Source: Alphaproteobacteria bacterium (GTDB taxonomy: Bacteria; Pseudomonadota; Alphaproteobacteria; UBA828). Taken from it: DNA of 64,000 nt. Location of the stretch: NCBI GenBank assembly GCA_965221125.1, contig CBDCRW010000006.1, forward strand, positions 192,001-256,000. Reading direction: 5' to 3'. Below, piece after piece: positions 48,630 to 59,965 of the stretch (position 1 is the first letter of the stretch; each line of letters begins with the position of its first letter). Below the pieces are notes generated by a model, which saw nothing but the letters and a program-made list of their open reading frames with translations, did no database searches and was not told where the DNA came from. The position numbers and the translations under genes are program-made.

Positions 48630-49907
48630 ATGACAGATGGTTCGACCGGCCGTTCCGCCAGGGGCCCGCGCGTGGTCATCGTCGGCGGTTCGATGGGGGG
48701 CCTGCTCGCCGGCAGCATGCTGCACCGCGCCGGCTGCGACGTGACGGTGCACGAGCGGATCGGCACCGAGCTCGCCGAGCGCGGCGTCGGCATCGCGACG
48801 CACCCCGGCCTCCATGCCGCGCTGGAGACCCTGGGTCTCTCCATCGACGAGGCGCACGGCGCCAGGCTCGAGGAGCGCATCACGCTCGGGACCGACGGGA
48901 GCATCCTCGCGCGCTACCACTTGCCGCAGATCCAGGCGTCCTGGGGGCACCTCTTCGGTCTGCTGCGCAGCAACTTCCCGGACGAGCGCTACATCGCCGG
49001 CGCCAACTTCACGCGCTTCGAGCCGCACGGCGGGGGCGTGCTCGCGCACTTCGCGGACGGCGGCAGCGTCGAGGCCGACCTTCTGGTCGGCGCCGACGGC
49101 GTGCGCTCCACCGTTCGCCCCCAGCTCTGGCCGGATGCGGTGCCCCGGTTCGCGGGCTACGTCGCGTGGCGCGGCATCGTCGACGAGAACCGGCTCTCGG
49201 CAGCGTGGCGCGACATGCTGATGTCGCACTTCATCGTCTGCCTGCCGCCGGGCGAGCACGTCGTGGGCTACCCGGTCGCCGGGCCGGACGGCGATCTGCG
49301 CCCCGGCAGGCGCCGCTTCAACATCGTCTGGTACAGGCTGACCACGGCGGAGACGTTGCGGCGGATGCAGACCGATGCGTCCGGCAACTATCACGAGGCG
49401 GGAATCGCGCCCGATCTGATCGGCAGCGCATGGATCGACGAGGTCCGGCAGGTCGCGGAGGACCGCCTGCCGCCCTCGCTCGCGGAGCCGATGACCCTCG
49501 CGGAGGGGCTCTTCTTCCAGACCATCGTGGACCTGGAGGTGCCGCAGATGGTCCAGGGGCGCGTGGCCATGCTGGGCGACGCGGCGTTCTCCGCCCGGCC
49601 CCACACCGGCATGGGCGTCGTCAAGGCGACCGGAGATGCGGTCTTTCTCGCCGATGCCATCGAGGCCCACCCCGGCGATCTTTCGCGCGCGCTCCAGGCC
49701 TACGACGAGGAGCGGACCCGCTACGGCCGCTCTCTGGTCCGCTTCGGCCGCCAGCTGGGTACGCACATCGAGACTCCGGGGCGGAGCGCCGAAGACCGTG
49801 CGCTCGGCGACTACCTGCGCCAGCCGCAGAACGTCATCCAGGCCATCTCGATCCCGCCGCCGTGCTCGCCGCTCAAGGTGTTCAGGGAGGACGCCCACCC
49901 CGGATAA
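48630..49907 (+). CDS. FAD-dependent monooxygenase (2,6-dihydroxypyridine hydroxylase-like)
   Basis: VGGSMGG, GADGVRS, YVAWRG, LGDAAFSARPHTGMG. Confidence 0.88.
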   Translation: MTDGSTGRSARGPRVVIVGGSMGGLLAGSMLHRAGCDVTVHERIGTELAERGVGIATHPGLHAALETLGLSIDEAHGARLEERITLGTDGSILARYHLPQIQASWGHLFGLLRSNFPDERYIAGANFTRFEPHGGGVLAHFADGGSVEADLLVGADGVRSTVRPQLWPDAVPRFAGYVAWRGIVDENRLSAAWRDMLMSHFIVCLPPGEHVVGYPVAGPDGDLRPGRRRFNIVWYRLTTAETLRRMQTDASGNYHEAGIAPDLIGSAWIDEVRQVAEDRLPPSLAEPMTLAEGLFFQTIVDLEVPQMVQGRVAMLGDAAFSARPHTGMGVVKATGDAVFLADAIEAHPGDLSRALQAYDEERTRYGRSLVRFGRQLGTHIETPGRSAEDRALGDYLRQPQNVIQAISIPPPCSPLKVFREDAHPG

Positions 49908-50022
49908 CCCCTTCGCATCGGGCCGGACCGTTGCCGCGCGTCATCCGCCGCCCTAGCCTGACTCAACTCAAGACCCGGCTTCTCGTCAGACGTGGGAAGT
50001 CGCGGCGAAGCGGAGGCTGAAG

Positions 50023-50475
50023 ATGGAAGCGCAATGCGAGCAGGAGGTGCGGGGCTTCCACGCCTTTCTGCGGGACTGGCTGGCCGGCGCCGTGCCGCGG
50101 AGCGCAGAGACCTTCGCCCGGTTCTCCGGCGCGATGGATGCGGGTGTCGAGGTCATCGGCCCGCGCGGCACCGTGACCGGGCGCGCGGCGCTGGTCGACG
50201 AGTTCGAGGGATTGCACGGGCAGCTCGCCGCCGACGCCGATGCCTTCGAAATCTGGATCGAGAATTTCCGCTGCCGCTGGGCGGCGGGGGATCATGCGCT
50301 GGTGACCTACGAGGAATGGCACCGGCGCCAGGGTGCTGAGTCCGCGCGCCTCTCCTCCGCACTCTTTCGTCACGAGGCGGCGGCGCCCTGCGGCGTGGCG
50401 TGGCTGCACGTCCACGAGACCTGGTTGCCGGGCCTCGCGCCGGAGGGCGGCGAGCGCTTACCGGAAACCTCGTAG
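50023..50475 (+). CDS. SnoaL/NTF2-like protein (DUF4440)
   Basis: EVRGFHAFLRDWL...LVTYEEW...WLHVHETW. Confidence 0.75.
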   Translation: MEAQCEQEVRGFHAFLRDWLAGAVPRSAETFARFSGAMDAGVEVIGPRGTVTGRAALVDEFEGLHGQLAADADAFEIWIENFRCRWAAGDHALVTYEEWHRRQGAESARLSSALFRHEAAAPCGVAWLHVHETWLPGLAPEGGERLPETS

Positions 50476-50637
50476 GCGCCCGCGAGAGCGTCGCAGGTCA
50501 TGCACCCGCCGACTGCTCAGCCTCCGTCCCCGGCCGGCACCGTGCCTCTCGAAGCGATCCACACGCGCGAGCGCCAGTTCACCCGCATCTTCACGACCAT
50601 GTACGGCCAGAAGCACCGCGCCCGGACGCGGCTGCCG

Positions 50638-51618
50638 GTGAAGACGCAGGCCGTCAGGATGCACGAGGCCGGCGGGCCGGAGGTGCTGCGCGTGGACGAC
50701 ATCCGGGTGCCGGACCCCGGCGCCACCGAGGTGCGGGTCGCGCAGAAAGCGGTCGGGCTCAACTTCCTCGACACCTACCAGCGTCGCGGCCTCTTCCCCT
50801 CGCCGGGGCTGCCCTGGGTCGTGGGCTTCGAGGGCGCGGGCGTCGTGGAGGCGGTGGGCGGGGCGGTGACGGCGTTCAGGGAGGGCGGCCGCGTCGCCTA
50901 CGCGAGCGCACTGCCCGGTGCCTACGCGGGGCTCCGCGCCATCGCGGCGGACGCGCTGGTCAAGCTGCCCGATGCCGTCGGCTTCGAGCAGGCCGCGGCC
51001 GCCATGCTCAAGGGAATGACGGCGGAATACCTGGTGCACAAGAGCGGCAAGGTGCAGCCGGGCGATGCCGTGCTGGTGCATGCGGCGGCGGGCGGCACCG
51101 GCCTGCTGCTCTGCCAGTGGCTCGCCCATCTCGGCGCGGTGGTCATCGGCTGCGCCGGCAGCGACGAGAAGCGCGCGCTTGCCGAGGCCCACGGCTGCCG
51201 CCACGCCATCGACTACCGGCGGGAGGACGTTGCCGCCGGCGTCGCCGAGATCACCGGCGGCGAGGGCCTCGCCGTGGTCTACGATTCCGTCGGCCGCGAC
51301 ACTGCCGAGGCTTCCGTCGTCTGCCTGCGCCCCGGCGGCACGCTGGTGCTTTACGGCAGCTCGTCGGGCGCCGTGCCGCAAAGCGTGCTGTCAGCGGCGG
51401 CTGAGAAGTCCATCGAAATCGTGCGCCCCGGCCTCTTCCAGGAGAACGCCACGCCGGCCGCGCTCCAGGCCCGCGCCAGTGCGCTCTTCGAGGTGTTGGA
51501 GAGCGGGGCGGTCGCTCCCCTGATCGGTCGCCGCTACGCGCTCGCCGATGCGGCGGAGGCGCACCGCGACCTGGAGGCGAGGCGCACGAGCGGGCAAAGC
51601 ATCCTGATCCCCGGCTGA
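50638..51618 (+). CDS. qor: NADPH:quinone oxidoreductase (MDR family)
   Basis: GGPEVL, GLNFLD, GFEGAG, HAAAGGTG, YDSVG. The start may be further upstream (50500). Confidence 0.85.
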   Translation: MKTQAVRMHEAGGPEVLRVDDIRVPDPGATEVRVAQKAVGLNFLDTYQRRGLFPSPGLPWVVGFEGAGVVEAVGGAVTAFREGGRVAYASALPGAYAGLRAIAADALVKLPDAVGFEQAAAAMLKGMTAEYLVHKSGKVQPGDAVLVHAAAGGTGLLLCQWLAHLGAVVIGCAGSDEKRALAEAHGCRHAIDYRREDVAAGVAEITGGEGLAVVYDSVGRDTAEASVVCLRPGGTLVLYGSSSGAVPQSVLSAAAEKSIEIVRPGLFQENATPAALQARASALFEVLESGAVAPLIGRRYALADAAEAHRDLEARRTSGQSILIPG

Positions 51619-51700
51619 CGTCGGGGTGCGTTGAGAGAACCGGACATATGCACTATCACGGGGCCGCACTCACACCATCGCGCGGGCACGGGAGCCATAC

Positions 51701-52459
51701 ATGAGCAAGCCGACAGTCATGATCACCGGCGCCGGAATCGGCATCGGCGAGGCGACGGCCCTGGCCTTCGGCCGGGCCGGCTATCACGTCTACGTCACCG
51801 ACGTGCTCGACGCGGAAGGGCAGGGGACCGTGGCCGCCATCGAGGCGGCCGGCGGCAGCGCGAGCTTCAGCCATGTGGACGTGACCGACACGGCCAACGT
51901 CGATGCCGCCGTCGCGGCGGCGGAAGCCGCCACCGGCCCGCTCGACGCCGCGATCGCCAACGCCGGCATCGCCCACAAGGTGCTGTTCGCGGAGATGAGC
52001 GACGAGAAGTGGGACCACACGCTCGACGTGGACCTCACGGGCGTGTTCCGCCTGCTGCGCGCCGCAGCGCCCGCGATGCGCGAGGCGGGGCGGGGCGCGA
52101 TGGTCGCCGTCTCCTCGGTCATGGGCACGACCTGGGGCTGGCACGACCACGTGCAGTACAACGCGGCCAAGTCCGGCGTGGTGGGGCTGGTGCGCGGCCT
52201 CGCCTGCGATCTCGGCGGCGACGGCATCCGCGTGAACGGCATCGCGCCCGGCTTCATCAAGACCGCGCAGGCGCTCTCGACCGAGCACTCGCTCGGCCTG
52301 CCCGGGCTGGAGGCGGCCGCCGAGTACATCCCCCTCGGCCGCTACGGCGAGGCCGACGACATCGCCGACGTGATCCTCTTCCTCTGTTCCGACGGCGCAC
52401 GCTACGTGAGCGGCCAGACCATCATCGTCGACGGCGGGGTGACGGTCGGGCGCTATTAG
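51701..52459 (+). CDS. SDR-family oxidoreductase
   Basis: TGAGIGIG, NAG, YNAAK, PGFIKT. Confidence 0.92.
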   Translation: MSKPTVMITGAGIGIGEATALAFGRAGYHVYVTDVLDAEGQGTVAAIEAAGGSASFSHVDVTDTANVDAAVAAAEAATGPLDAAIANAGIAHKVLFAEMSDEKWDHTLDVDLTGVFRLLRAAAPAMREAGRGAMVAVSSVMGTTWGWHDHVQYNAAKSGVVGLVRGLACDLGGDGIRVNGIAPGFIKTAQALSTEHSLGLPGLEAAAEYIPLGRYGEADDIADVILFLCSDGARYVSGQTIIVDGGVTVGRY

Positions 52460-52611
52460 GAGAGGCGGCGGGCAACAGAGCACCGATCGGCCGCACAGCA
52501 TCCACCCGACATGCCGGCCAGTTCAGTCATCGCGACGACGCGGCTTGCCAAAGGGCAGCCGACACTGTTTCACTCCGGCGCACAGGCGTCATCCGACCAA
52601 GGGAGAAGCAA

Positions 52612-54102
52612 ATGAACATCAGGAAGCTTTGCAAGAGCGCCGTTCTGGCGCCGATCGCGGGCGTTGCCGCGCTGGGGCTCGTCGCCGGCGGGGCGCAGGC
52701 TGCGGGCGAGTTCGAAGGCGTGGAGGTCAACATCATGACCTTCACCGGGCCGCAGATCGCCGAGCCGCTGCAGCGCCGCGCGCCGGACTTCAACGCCATG
52801 ACCGGCGCGCAGATCAACATCGTGACCGTCCCGTTCTCCGACCTCTACAGCAAGGTGCTGACGGACTGGGCATCGGGCACCAACTCCATTGACGCCGCGG
52901 TGTTTGCGCCGCAGTGGGGGGTCGACTACATCGTGCCCGGCTACATGGAGAACCTGAGCGCGCGCGTTGCGGCGGACGAGAATCTCCAGGAGGACGACAT
53001 CGCGCCCTTCTTCCGCGAGTTCTCGCAGAAGTTCGCCGGCGACACCTACATGCTCACCCTCGATGGCGACTTCCAGATGGTCTACTACCGCTCCGACGTG
53101 TTCGCCGATGCGGGCATCGCGACGCCCGAGACTTGGCAGGACTACGTCGCTGCGGCCGAGGCCGTTCACGGCCAGGACATGAACGGTGACGGCGCGCCCG
53201 ACTACGGCTCCTGCATCTCCAAGAAGCGCAGCGCGCAGGCCTACTGGATGATCCTCTCGATTGCCGGCGGGTACCTGCAGTCCCAGGGGACCTCGCAGGG
53301 CATCTTCTTCGACACCGACACCATGGCGCCGCTGGTCAACAACGAGGCGTTCTCCGCAGCGCTCGACATCTACACGGCAACGACAGCCTTCGGGCCGCCG
53401 GACGAGATCAACCTCGACGTCGGCGACACGCGCAGCCTCTTCACCTCCGGCCGCTGCGCGCTGACCATCGACTGGGGCGACATCGGCACGCTCGCCATCG
53501 ACCCGGAGACCTCGCAGGTGATCGACAAGGTCGGCTCCATCATGCTTCCCGGTTCCACGGAGGTCCTCGACCGCGCCACCGGCAAGCTCGTGCCGTGCGA
53601 TGCGGAGACCTGCCCCTACGCCATCAACGGGGTCAACCGTGCACCCTTCGCTGCCTTCGGCGGCTGGTCCGGCGGCATCAACGCCAAGGTCGACGACAGG
53701 GTGAAGGATGCGGCCTACGCCTTCTTCTCCCACATGTCGCAGCCGGCGCAGTCCAACGAGGACGTGACCATCGGCATCACCGGCTTCAACCCGTATCGCC
53801 TCTCGCAGTTCGGCGATCTGTCTCTCTGGGTGAAGGCGGGGATGAGCGAGGCCGCGGCAAAGGACTATCTCGGCGCGATCCAGGCCAGCCTGAACAGCCC
53901 GAACATGGTGCTGGATCTGCGTATCCCGCAGAACCAGGCCTATCAGCAGGTGGTGCTCGACAACGCCATCTCCCGGCTCGCCGCAGGCGAGATCGACAAG
54001 GCGCAGGCGATGCAGGCCATCGAAGACGGCTGGAACGAGCTGAACGAAGAGAACGGCGTCGAGGACCAGCTCGAGGCCTACCGCGCGACGCTCGGCCTCT
54101 AG
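52612..54102 (+). CDS. Carbohydrate ABC transporter substrate-binding protein
   Basis: Signal peptide ending AQA; DGDFQMVYYRSD, PETWQDY. Upstream of two permeases and an ATPase. Confidence 0.9.
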   Translation: MNIRKLCKSAVLAPIAGVAALGLVAGGAQAAGEFEGVEVNIMTFTGPQIAEPLQRRAPDFNAMTGAQINIVTVPFSDLYSKVLTDWASGTNSIDAAVFAPQWGVDYIVPGYMENLSARVAADENLQEDDIAPFFREFSQKFAGDTYMLTLDGDFQMVYYRSDVFADAGIATPETWQDYVAAAEAVHGQDMNGDGAPDYGSCISKKRSAQAYWMILSIAGGYLQSQGTSQGIFFDTDTMAPLVNNEAFSAALDIYTATTAFGPPDEINLDVGDTRSLFTSGRCALTIDWGDIGTLAIDPETSQVIDKVGSIMLPGSTEVLDRATGKLVPCDAETCPYAINGVNRAPFAAFGGWSGGINAKVDDRVKDAAYAFFSHMSQPAQSNEDVTIGITGFNPYRLSQFGDLSLWVKAGMSEAAAKDYLGAIQASLNSPNMVLDLRIPQNQAYQQVVLDNAISRLAAGEIDKAQAMQAIEDGWNELNEENGVEDQLEAYRATLGL

Positions 54103-54113
54103 GCTGAACGCTC

Positions 54114-54157
54114 CGGCTCCGGCACGCGCCTCGACTCCCGAGCGCGCGCGCCGGAGC
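54114..54157 (+). terminator. GC-rich stem-loop between the substrate-binding gene and the permease (mRNA stabiliser/attenuator)
   Basis: CGGCTCCGGCACGCGC...GCGCGCGCCGGAGCCG followed by CTTCTT. Confidence 0.5.
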
Positions 54158-54185
54158 CGCTTCTTCGCTCCGAGGTACCCCCGCC

Positions 54186-55310
54186 TTGGCCTATCTGGAG
54201 GCCCGTGACCGTCGCGACCGGGTCGCCGAGTGGGTCGACCGCAATGCCGGCAAGGTGTTCATCCTGCCGGCAGTGCTCACGCTGCTGGCGTTTTCGCTGT
54301 TTCCGCTGCTGGTCTCGGCTTACCTCACGCTCACCAAGCTGAAGTTCGCTGCCGGCGGCTTCAAGCTCAGATTCGTCGAGTGGCTGAACTTCAAGAAGCT
54401 GATCTTCGGGTCCCAGCAATACCACCTGCTGGGGACGTTCGATCCGCTCGGCGCGATCGAGTGGCTGATCATCGGCGTGATCTATGCGCTGCTGCTCTAC
54501 TTCTACGTCCGTTATCTGATTCGGCCGGGGGCGACGGTCGTCGGCGTCGTCGGGCGCTCCGTCGCCATGCTCGTCGCGGGTGCGCTGACCATACTCCTGG
54601 TGTTGACGCTGGGCGGCGGCTTCCCCGGCTCGCTGGTGGTCACCCTCTTCTACGTGTTCGTCGGCGTCTCCGTGCAATTCGGGCTGGCGCTCGGCCTCGC
54701 CGTCCTCTGCTCGCAGAACATCTACGGACGCAACCTGTTCCGCGTGGTCTTCTTCCTGCCGATCATGGTGACGCCCGTCGGCATCGCCTACATGTTCCGC
54801 ATGCTCGCCGATACCCACAAGGGGCCGTTCGCCGATATCTGGGTCTCGCTCGGGCTCGCGGATTTCGCCTGGGCGTCGGACCCGTGGACCGCGCGGATCG
54901 TGGTGCTCATCGGCGATACCTGGCAATGGACGCCCTTCATGTTCATCGTCATGCTCGCCGCCATCGAGAACCAGCCGCGCGATCAGCTTGAGGCCGCGCG
55001 CATCGACGGCGCCGGCGGCTGGCAGATATTCCGCGACATCACGTGGCCCGCGATCGCGCCGGTGGCCGCGACCATCGTCCTGATCCGCCTGATCGAGGCC
55101 TTCAAGATCATCGATCTGCCCAACGTGCTCACCAGCGGCGGGCCGGGCATCGCCACCGAATCCCTCACCCTTCACGCCTTCGTCGCCTGGCGCACGCAGG
55201 ATCTCGGCGGCTCGGCGGCGGTGGGCTACATGCTGCTGTTCGTGGCGACGGTGACCTGCCTCTCGTTCTTCAACTTCGCGGGCCGACGGACCCGCAGGGG
55301 CGAGCCGTGA
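54186..55310 (+). CDS. Carbohydrate ABC transporter permease
   Basis: Multiple transmembrane segments; EAARIDGAGGWQIF (EAA loop). Confidence 0.92.
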   Translation: MAYLEARDRRDRVAEWVDRNAGKVFILPAVLTLLAFSLFPLLVSAYLTLTKLKFAAGGFKLRFVEWLNFKKLIFGSQQYHLLGTFDPLGAIEWLIIGVIYALLLYFYVRYLIRPGATVVGVVGRSVAMLVAGALTILLVLTLGGGFPGSLVVTLFYVFVGVSVQFGLALGLAVLCSQNIYGRNLFRVVFFLPIMVTPVGIAYMFRMLADTHKGPFADIWVSLGLADFAWASDPWTARIVVLIGDTWQWTPFMFIVMLAAIENQPRDQLEAARIDGAGGWQIFRDITWPAIAPVAATIVLIRLIEAFKIIDLPNVLTSGGPGIATESLTLHAFVAWRTQDLGGSAAVGYMLLFVATVTCLSFFNFAGRRTRRGEP

Positions 55311-56359
55311 ACGGTCCCCGGCGCTCCCTGCTGCGGCGTCTCTTCGAGCCGTACGACCTCACCTCGATGGCGCCGGCCACCAAGGTGCTCGTCTACACGC
55401 TGCTTGTCTTCTGGCTGCTGGTGGTGCTGTTCCCGCTCTACTGGCTCTTCATCACGTCGTTCAAGCTGCCGGTCCAGGTCAACGACGGACCCGACTTCAT
55501 TCCCTTCATCGACTTCGAGCCCTCGCTTCATGCCTGGCGCTACATCTTCTTCGATCTCGGCAACGACACGTTCAGGCCCTATCTCAACTCGGTCATCGTC
55601 GCCTTCTGCGCCACGGCGGTCTGCGTGCTCATCGGCTCGTTCGCGGCCTACGCGCTGGTGCGGATTCAGTACCGGGTCAAGGTCGGCAACGTCCTCGCCT
55701 TCCTGGTCCTTCTGGGACTCACGGTCTTCACGGTCACGAGCCTCGGCGCGCCGCTGTTCGCCGCCGCGCCGGTGGCGATCGTCCTCTTCGTCTTCTTCGT
55801 GGCCGCCGTCGGGCGCTACTTCAAGCGGGCGCTCGGCAACGACGACATCCTGTTCTGGATCATCTCCAACCGCATCCTGCCGCCGGTGGTGGTCGTGCTC
55901 CCCGTCTACCTGATGTTCCAGCGCATCGGGCTCCTGGACACGCATATCGCGCTGATCGCCACCTACACCGCCATCAACCTGCCAATCGTGGTGTGGCTGA
56001 TGCGCGACTTCTTCGCCGGCATTCCGCTGGACCTGGAGGAGAGTGCACAGATTGACGGCGCCTCGCGCCTTCGCATCTTCTTCACGATCGTGCTGCCGCT
56101 CGCGCGGCCGGGCCTGGCGGCGACGTCCCTGCTCATCCTCATCCTGGCCTGGAACGAGTACCTGCTCGCGCTCTTCATCTCGACCGCGGACGCGCAGACC
56201 ATGCCGATGCTCGTGGCGGCGCAGAATGCGACGCGCGGGCCGCAGTGGTGGTACATGTCCGTGCTGATCGTCATCATGATCGCGCCCATCGTGCTCACGG
56301 CCGCGCTGCTGCAGCGGCACATCGCGCGCGGGCTGCTGATCGGCGCGATCAAGGGCTGA
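55307..56359 (+). CDS. Carbohydrate ABC transporter permease
   Basis: EESAQIDGASRLRIF; AWNEYL. GTG start overlaps the previous stop. Confidence 0.92.
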   Translation: MNGPRRSLLRRLFEPYDLTSMAPATKVLVYTLLVFWLLVVLFPLYWLFITSFKLPVQVNDGPDFIPFIDFEPSLHAWRYIFFDLGNDTFRPYLNSVIVAFCATAVCVLIGSFAAYALVRIQYRVKVGNVLAFLVLLGLTVFTVTSLGAPLFAAAPVAIVLFVFFVAAVGRYFKRALGNDDILFWIISNRILPPVVVVLPVYLMFQRIGLLDTHIALIATYTAINLPIVVWLMRDFFAGIPLDLEESAQIDGASRLRIFFTIVLPLARPGLAATSLLILILAWNEYLLALFISTADAQTMPMLVAAQNATRGPQWWYMSVLIVIMIAPIVLTAALLQRHIARGLLIGAIKG

Positions 56360-56377
56360 GGGACCGGAGACACGACG

Positions 56378-57430
<1,053 letters not shown>

Positions 57431-57470
57431 CTCGCAGCGAGTCCTGTTTGGCTCGGACCGCTACCGTGCC

Positions 57471-58355
57471 TCACGAATCTGTGTCGCTCGGCGTTCCGTG
57501 GCGGGCCTGCTGGTCGAAGAACGAGGCGCCTGTCGGCAGCTGCGGCAGCTCGACTTCGCAGTCGATGGAGCGGACGCGCCCGGTGCGCTCGCCGCGAACG
57601 AGGCGACCCTCGTGGAGGCTCGGCACCGGGTTGGGGGAGAGCGCGACCGCGTCCTCCGCGCTGTAGACCGAAATGTGCAGCGTCCGGGGCCGCGCGGAGC
57701 GGTTGGCGGCGGAGCCGTGCAGCAGGCGCGTGTGCATCAGGCAGACCGACCCCGCCGGCCCGGTGCAGGTCTCGGCGGACGGCAGGGCCGCTGCGGCCAC
57801 CTCGTCCGCCACCGCGCCCGTGAACACGCCCCCGTGCCAGAGGCTGTGGATGGGCCCCCGGTGCGAGCCGGCGAGAACCTGCAGCGGCCCGTTCTCCTCG
57901 GTGACCTCGTCGACCATCAAGAGCGCCGTGACGACATCGTCGTTGCTGTGCGGCGTGAACGAAAAGTCCTGGTGCCACTTCACTGCCGTGTTCGCGCCCG
58001 GGAGCTTGGAGTTGATCTTGGTGTGGTGCAGCTTCACGTTCGGCCCGATGATGTCGGCGACGCAGTCGGCCATGCGGCTCTCCACCGTCGCCGCCAGATA
58101 GGCCTCGGAGACCTCCACCGGCGCGTTGACCCGGCGAAGGCAGGGCGTCTCGGCGCTGTGGCCGGGCTCCAGGTCGAAGCGCGGGCGGCCGTCGACGGTA
58201 TCGCCCCAGGCGGCGTCGTGAGCGCGGCTCTCCTCCGCCCAGGCGTCGAACTCCTGCTTCAGCCGCGAGAGCAGGGCGCCGTCCACCGCGTCGTCTACCA
58301 TCAGATAGCCGTTCTCGCGGAAGAATTCGCACTGGTCGGGGCGAAGCTCGGGCAT
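57471..58355 (-). CDS. Phytanoyl-CoA dioxygenase-family protein
   Basis: FFRENGY, KWHQDF, LLHGSAAN. Confidence 0.9.
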   Translation of the reverse strand: MPELRPDQCEFFRENGYLMVDDAVDGALLSRLKQEFDAWAEESRAHDAAWGDTVDGRPRFDLEPGHSAETPCLRRVNAPVEVSEAYLAATVESRMADCVADIIGPNVKLHHTKINSKLPGANTAVKWHQDFSFTPHSNDDVVTALLMVDEVTEENGPLQVLAGSHRGPIHSLWHGGVFTGAVADEVAAAALPSAETCTGPAGSVCLMHTRLLHGSAANRSARPRTLHISVYSAEDAVALSPNPVPSLHEGRLVRGERTGRVRSIDCEVELPQLPTGASFFDQQARHGTPSDTDS

Positions 58356-58369
58356 CGGCGCTCCGGCGT

Positions 58370-58978
58370 TCAGCCGCGGGCGGCGTCCGGTCCGAGCAGC
58401 GCGGCGCGGAAGCGGTCCCTGAGATAGGCGCCGTCGCGGGGCGGGAGGACGCGGGGGAGCGGCCTGGCCTCGACCTTGACCGTGAGGAAGGTCGGCCCCG
58501 GCACCGCGTGCACCAGCGGCAGCGCGGCGCGGAGGCCGGCCTCGTCCGCCACCTGCCGGGTCTCGGCGAAGCCGCAGGCTGCGGCGGCCGCGGCGAGATC
58601 GGTGCGGTGCGCGGTGTGGGTCAATTGCATCCCGGTCTCGCCGTGGCGCTCGTTGTCGAGGACGACCAGCGCTAGGTTGGCCGGCGCCTGCGTCGCGATT
58701 GTGGCGAGGCTGCCGAGGCCCATCAGCATGTCGCCGTCGCCGGTCAGCACCAGCACGCGGCGCGCGGGCTGCGCCAGCGCGAGGCCGAGGCCGATCATGG
58801 AGGCGTTGCCCATCGCGCCCCAGAGCGAGAAGTGCAGCGGGTTGTCGCCGAGCGCGGCGCAGTCCCAGGTCGCAGACCCCAGGCCGGGAACCACCAGCAG
58901 GCTTTCGTGGCCTTCGAGCAGGATTGCCACGGCCGTGCGCCGGTCGAGGCTCGTCTCGGGCTCTGCCCTGGGGGTCAT
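58370..58978 (-). CDS. ThDP-dependent decarboxylase beta subunit (sulfopyruvate/phosphonopyruvate decarboxylase-like)
   Basis: WGAMG, TGDGDMLM...LDN (ThDP motif). ATG at 58978. Confidence 0.85.
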   Translation of the reverse strand: MTPRAEPETSLDRRTAVAILLEGHESLLVVPGLGSATWDCAALGDNPLHFSLWGAMGNASMIGLGLALAQPARRVLVLTGDGDMLMGLGSLATIATQAPANLALVVLDNERHGETGMQLTHTAHRTDLAAAAAACGFAETRQVADEAGLRAALPLVHAVPGPTFLTVKVEARPLPRVLPPRDGAYLRDRFRAALLGPDAARG

Positions 58979-59499
58979 TCGTCGAAGCTCTTCGCGCCGA
59001 TCACGCGCTGGCCGATGAGGACAGAGGTCGCGGCCCCGCTCTCGAAGGTGAGCGCTGCGGCGGCGGCGATGGTCTCGAACGCGTCGGCCTCGTCGTCCAC
59101 GCGGTAGACGGCCACGCCGCATTGTTCGAGGTGAGGCGCCGAGCCCAGGCCCATGGGCAGCTGCCACGGGTTGGTCTCGCCCCACTCGCCCCGCATGGTG
59201 ACGATCGAGAGGAAGGGGAAGCGGCAGGTGCGAATCAGCGAGAGCGCGGCGATGGTGTTGCCGACTCCGCTCGACTGCATGAGTAGCGCCGCGCGCTCGC
59301 CGCCGAGCCAGGCACCGGCGATGAGGGCCGGGCCCTCCTGCTCGTGGGCGAGCAGGACCGTGCGCATGGTCTCGTCCGCTTCGCACAGCCCGAGAAGCGC
59401 GGAGAGGCCGCCGTCGGGCACGTACGGGACCAGGCGCACCCCGGCGGCCCGCAGCGCCCGATGGGCGTAGGCGCCCCAGCCGGAGCTTGCGCCGCTCAC
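58975..59499 (-). CDS. ThDP-dependent decarboxylase alpha subunit (ComD-like)
   Basis: YVPDG, EQEG, LMQSSGVGN, TMRGEWGETNPWQ. GTG at 59499. Confidence 0.85.
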   Translation of the reverse strand: MSGASSGWGAYAHRALRAAGVRLVPYVPDGGLSALLGLCEADETMRTVLLAHEQEGPALIAGAWLGGERAALLMQSSGVGNTIAALSLIRTCRFPFLSIVTMRGEWGETNPWQLPMGLGSAPHLEQCGVAVYRVDDEADAFETIAAAAALTFESGAATSVLIGQRVIGAKSFDE

Positions 59500-59546
59500 C
59501 GGCGGTCCTGAACGCGCAGACTGTGCGGAGGTCGGGCGCGCGCGGC

Positions 59547-59867
59547 CTACTCGGCGCTGACCTGGCCCTTGGCCTCGTCCAGCAGGCGCTCCATCTGCGT
59601 GCGGATCAGGTGATCGTCGGCTTCGATGCCCTTCTCCGTCAGGTCGCCCAGCACCTTGCGGACGACATCCTCGTCGCCCGGCTCCTCGAAATCGGCCATG
59701 ACCACCTGCTTGGCGTAGGCTTGGGCATCGTCGCCCGCGATCCCCATCTTCTCCGCCGCCCACAGGCCGAGAAGCTTGTTGCGCCGGGCGATGACCTTGA
59801 ACTGAAACTCCTGATCGTGCTTGAACTTCGCCTCGGCGGCTTTCTTGCGGTCGTCAAACGTGTTCAT
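59547..59867 (-). CDS. DUF1476 / ATP synthase inhibitor zeta subunit
   Basis: MNTFDDRKKAAEAKFKHDQE...ARRNKLLGLWAA...DFEEPGDEDV. Confidence 0.92.
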   Translation of the reverse strand: MNTFDDRKKAAEAKFKHDQEFQFKVIARRNKLLGLWAAEKMGIAGDDAQAYAKQVVMADFEEPGDEDVVRKVLGDLTEKGIEADDHLIRTQMERLLDEAKGQVSAE

Positions 59868-59965
59868 GCCCCAGGCTCCCAGCCGGTGATTGGACGCGCG
59901 CGCATTGTGCCAGAGCGGCCCGCGCCGGTCCACGGCGAGCGGCGCGCTCAGGGCGGGCAGGAGTT

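Noticed and set aside
51631-52611. N-terminal half of the 823-aa ORF
   Set aside because: It overlaps the SDR gene in another frame. The substrate-binding protein starts at ATG 52612 with a signal peptide.
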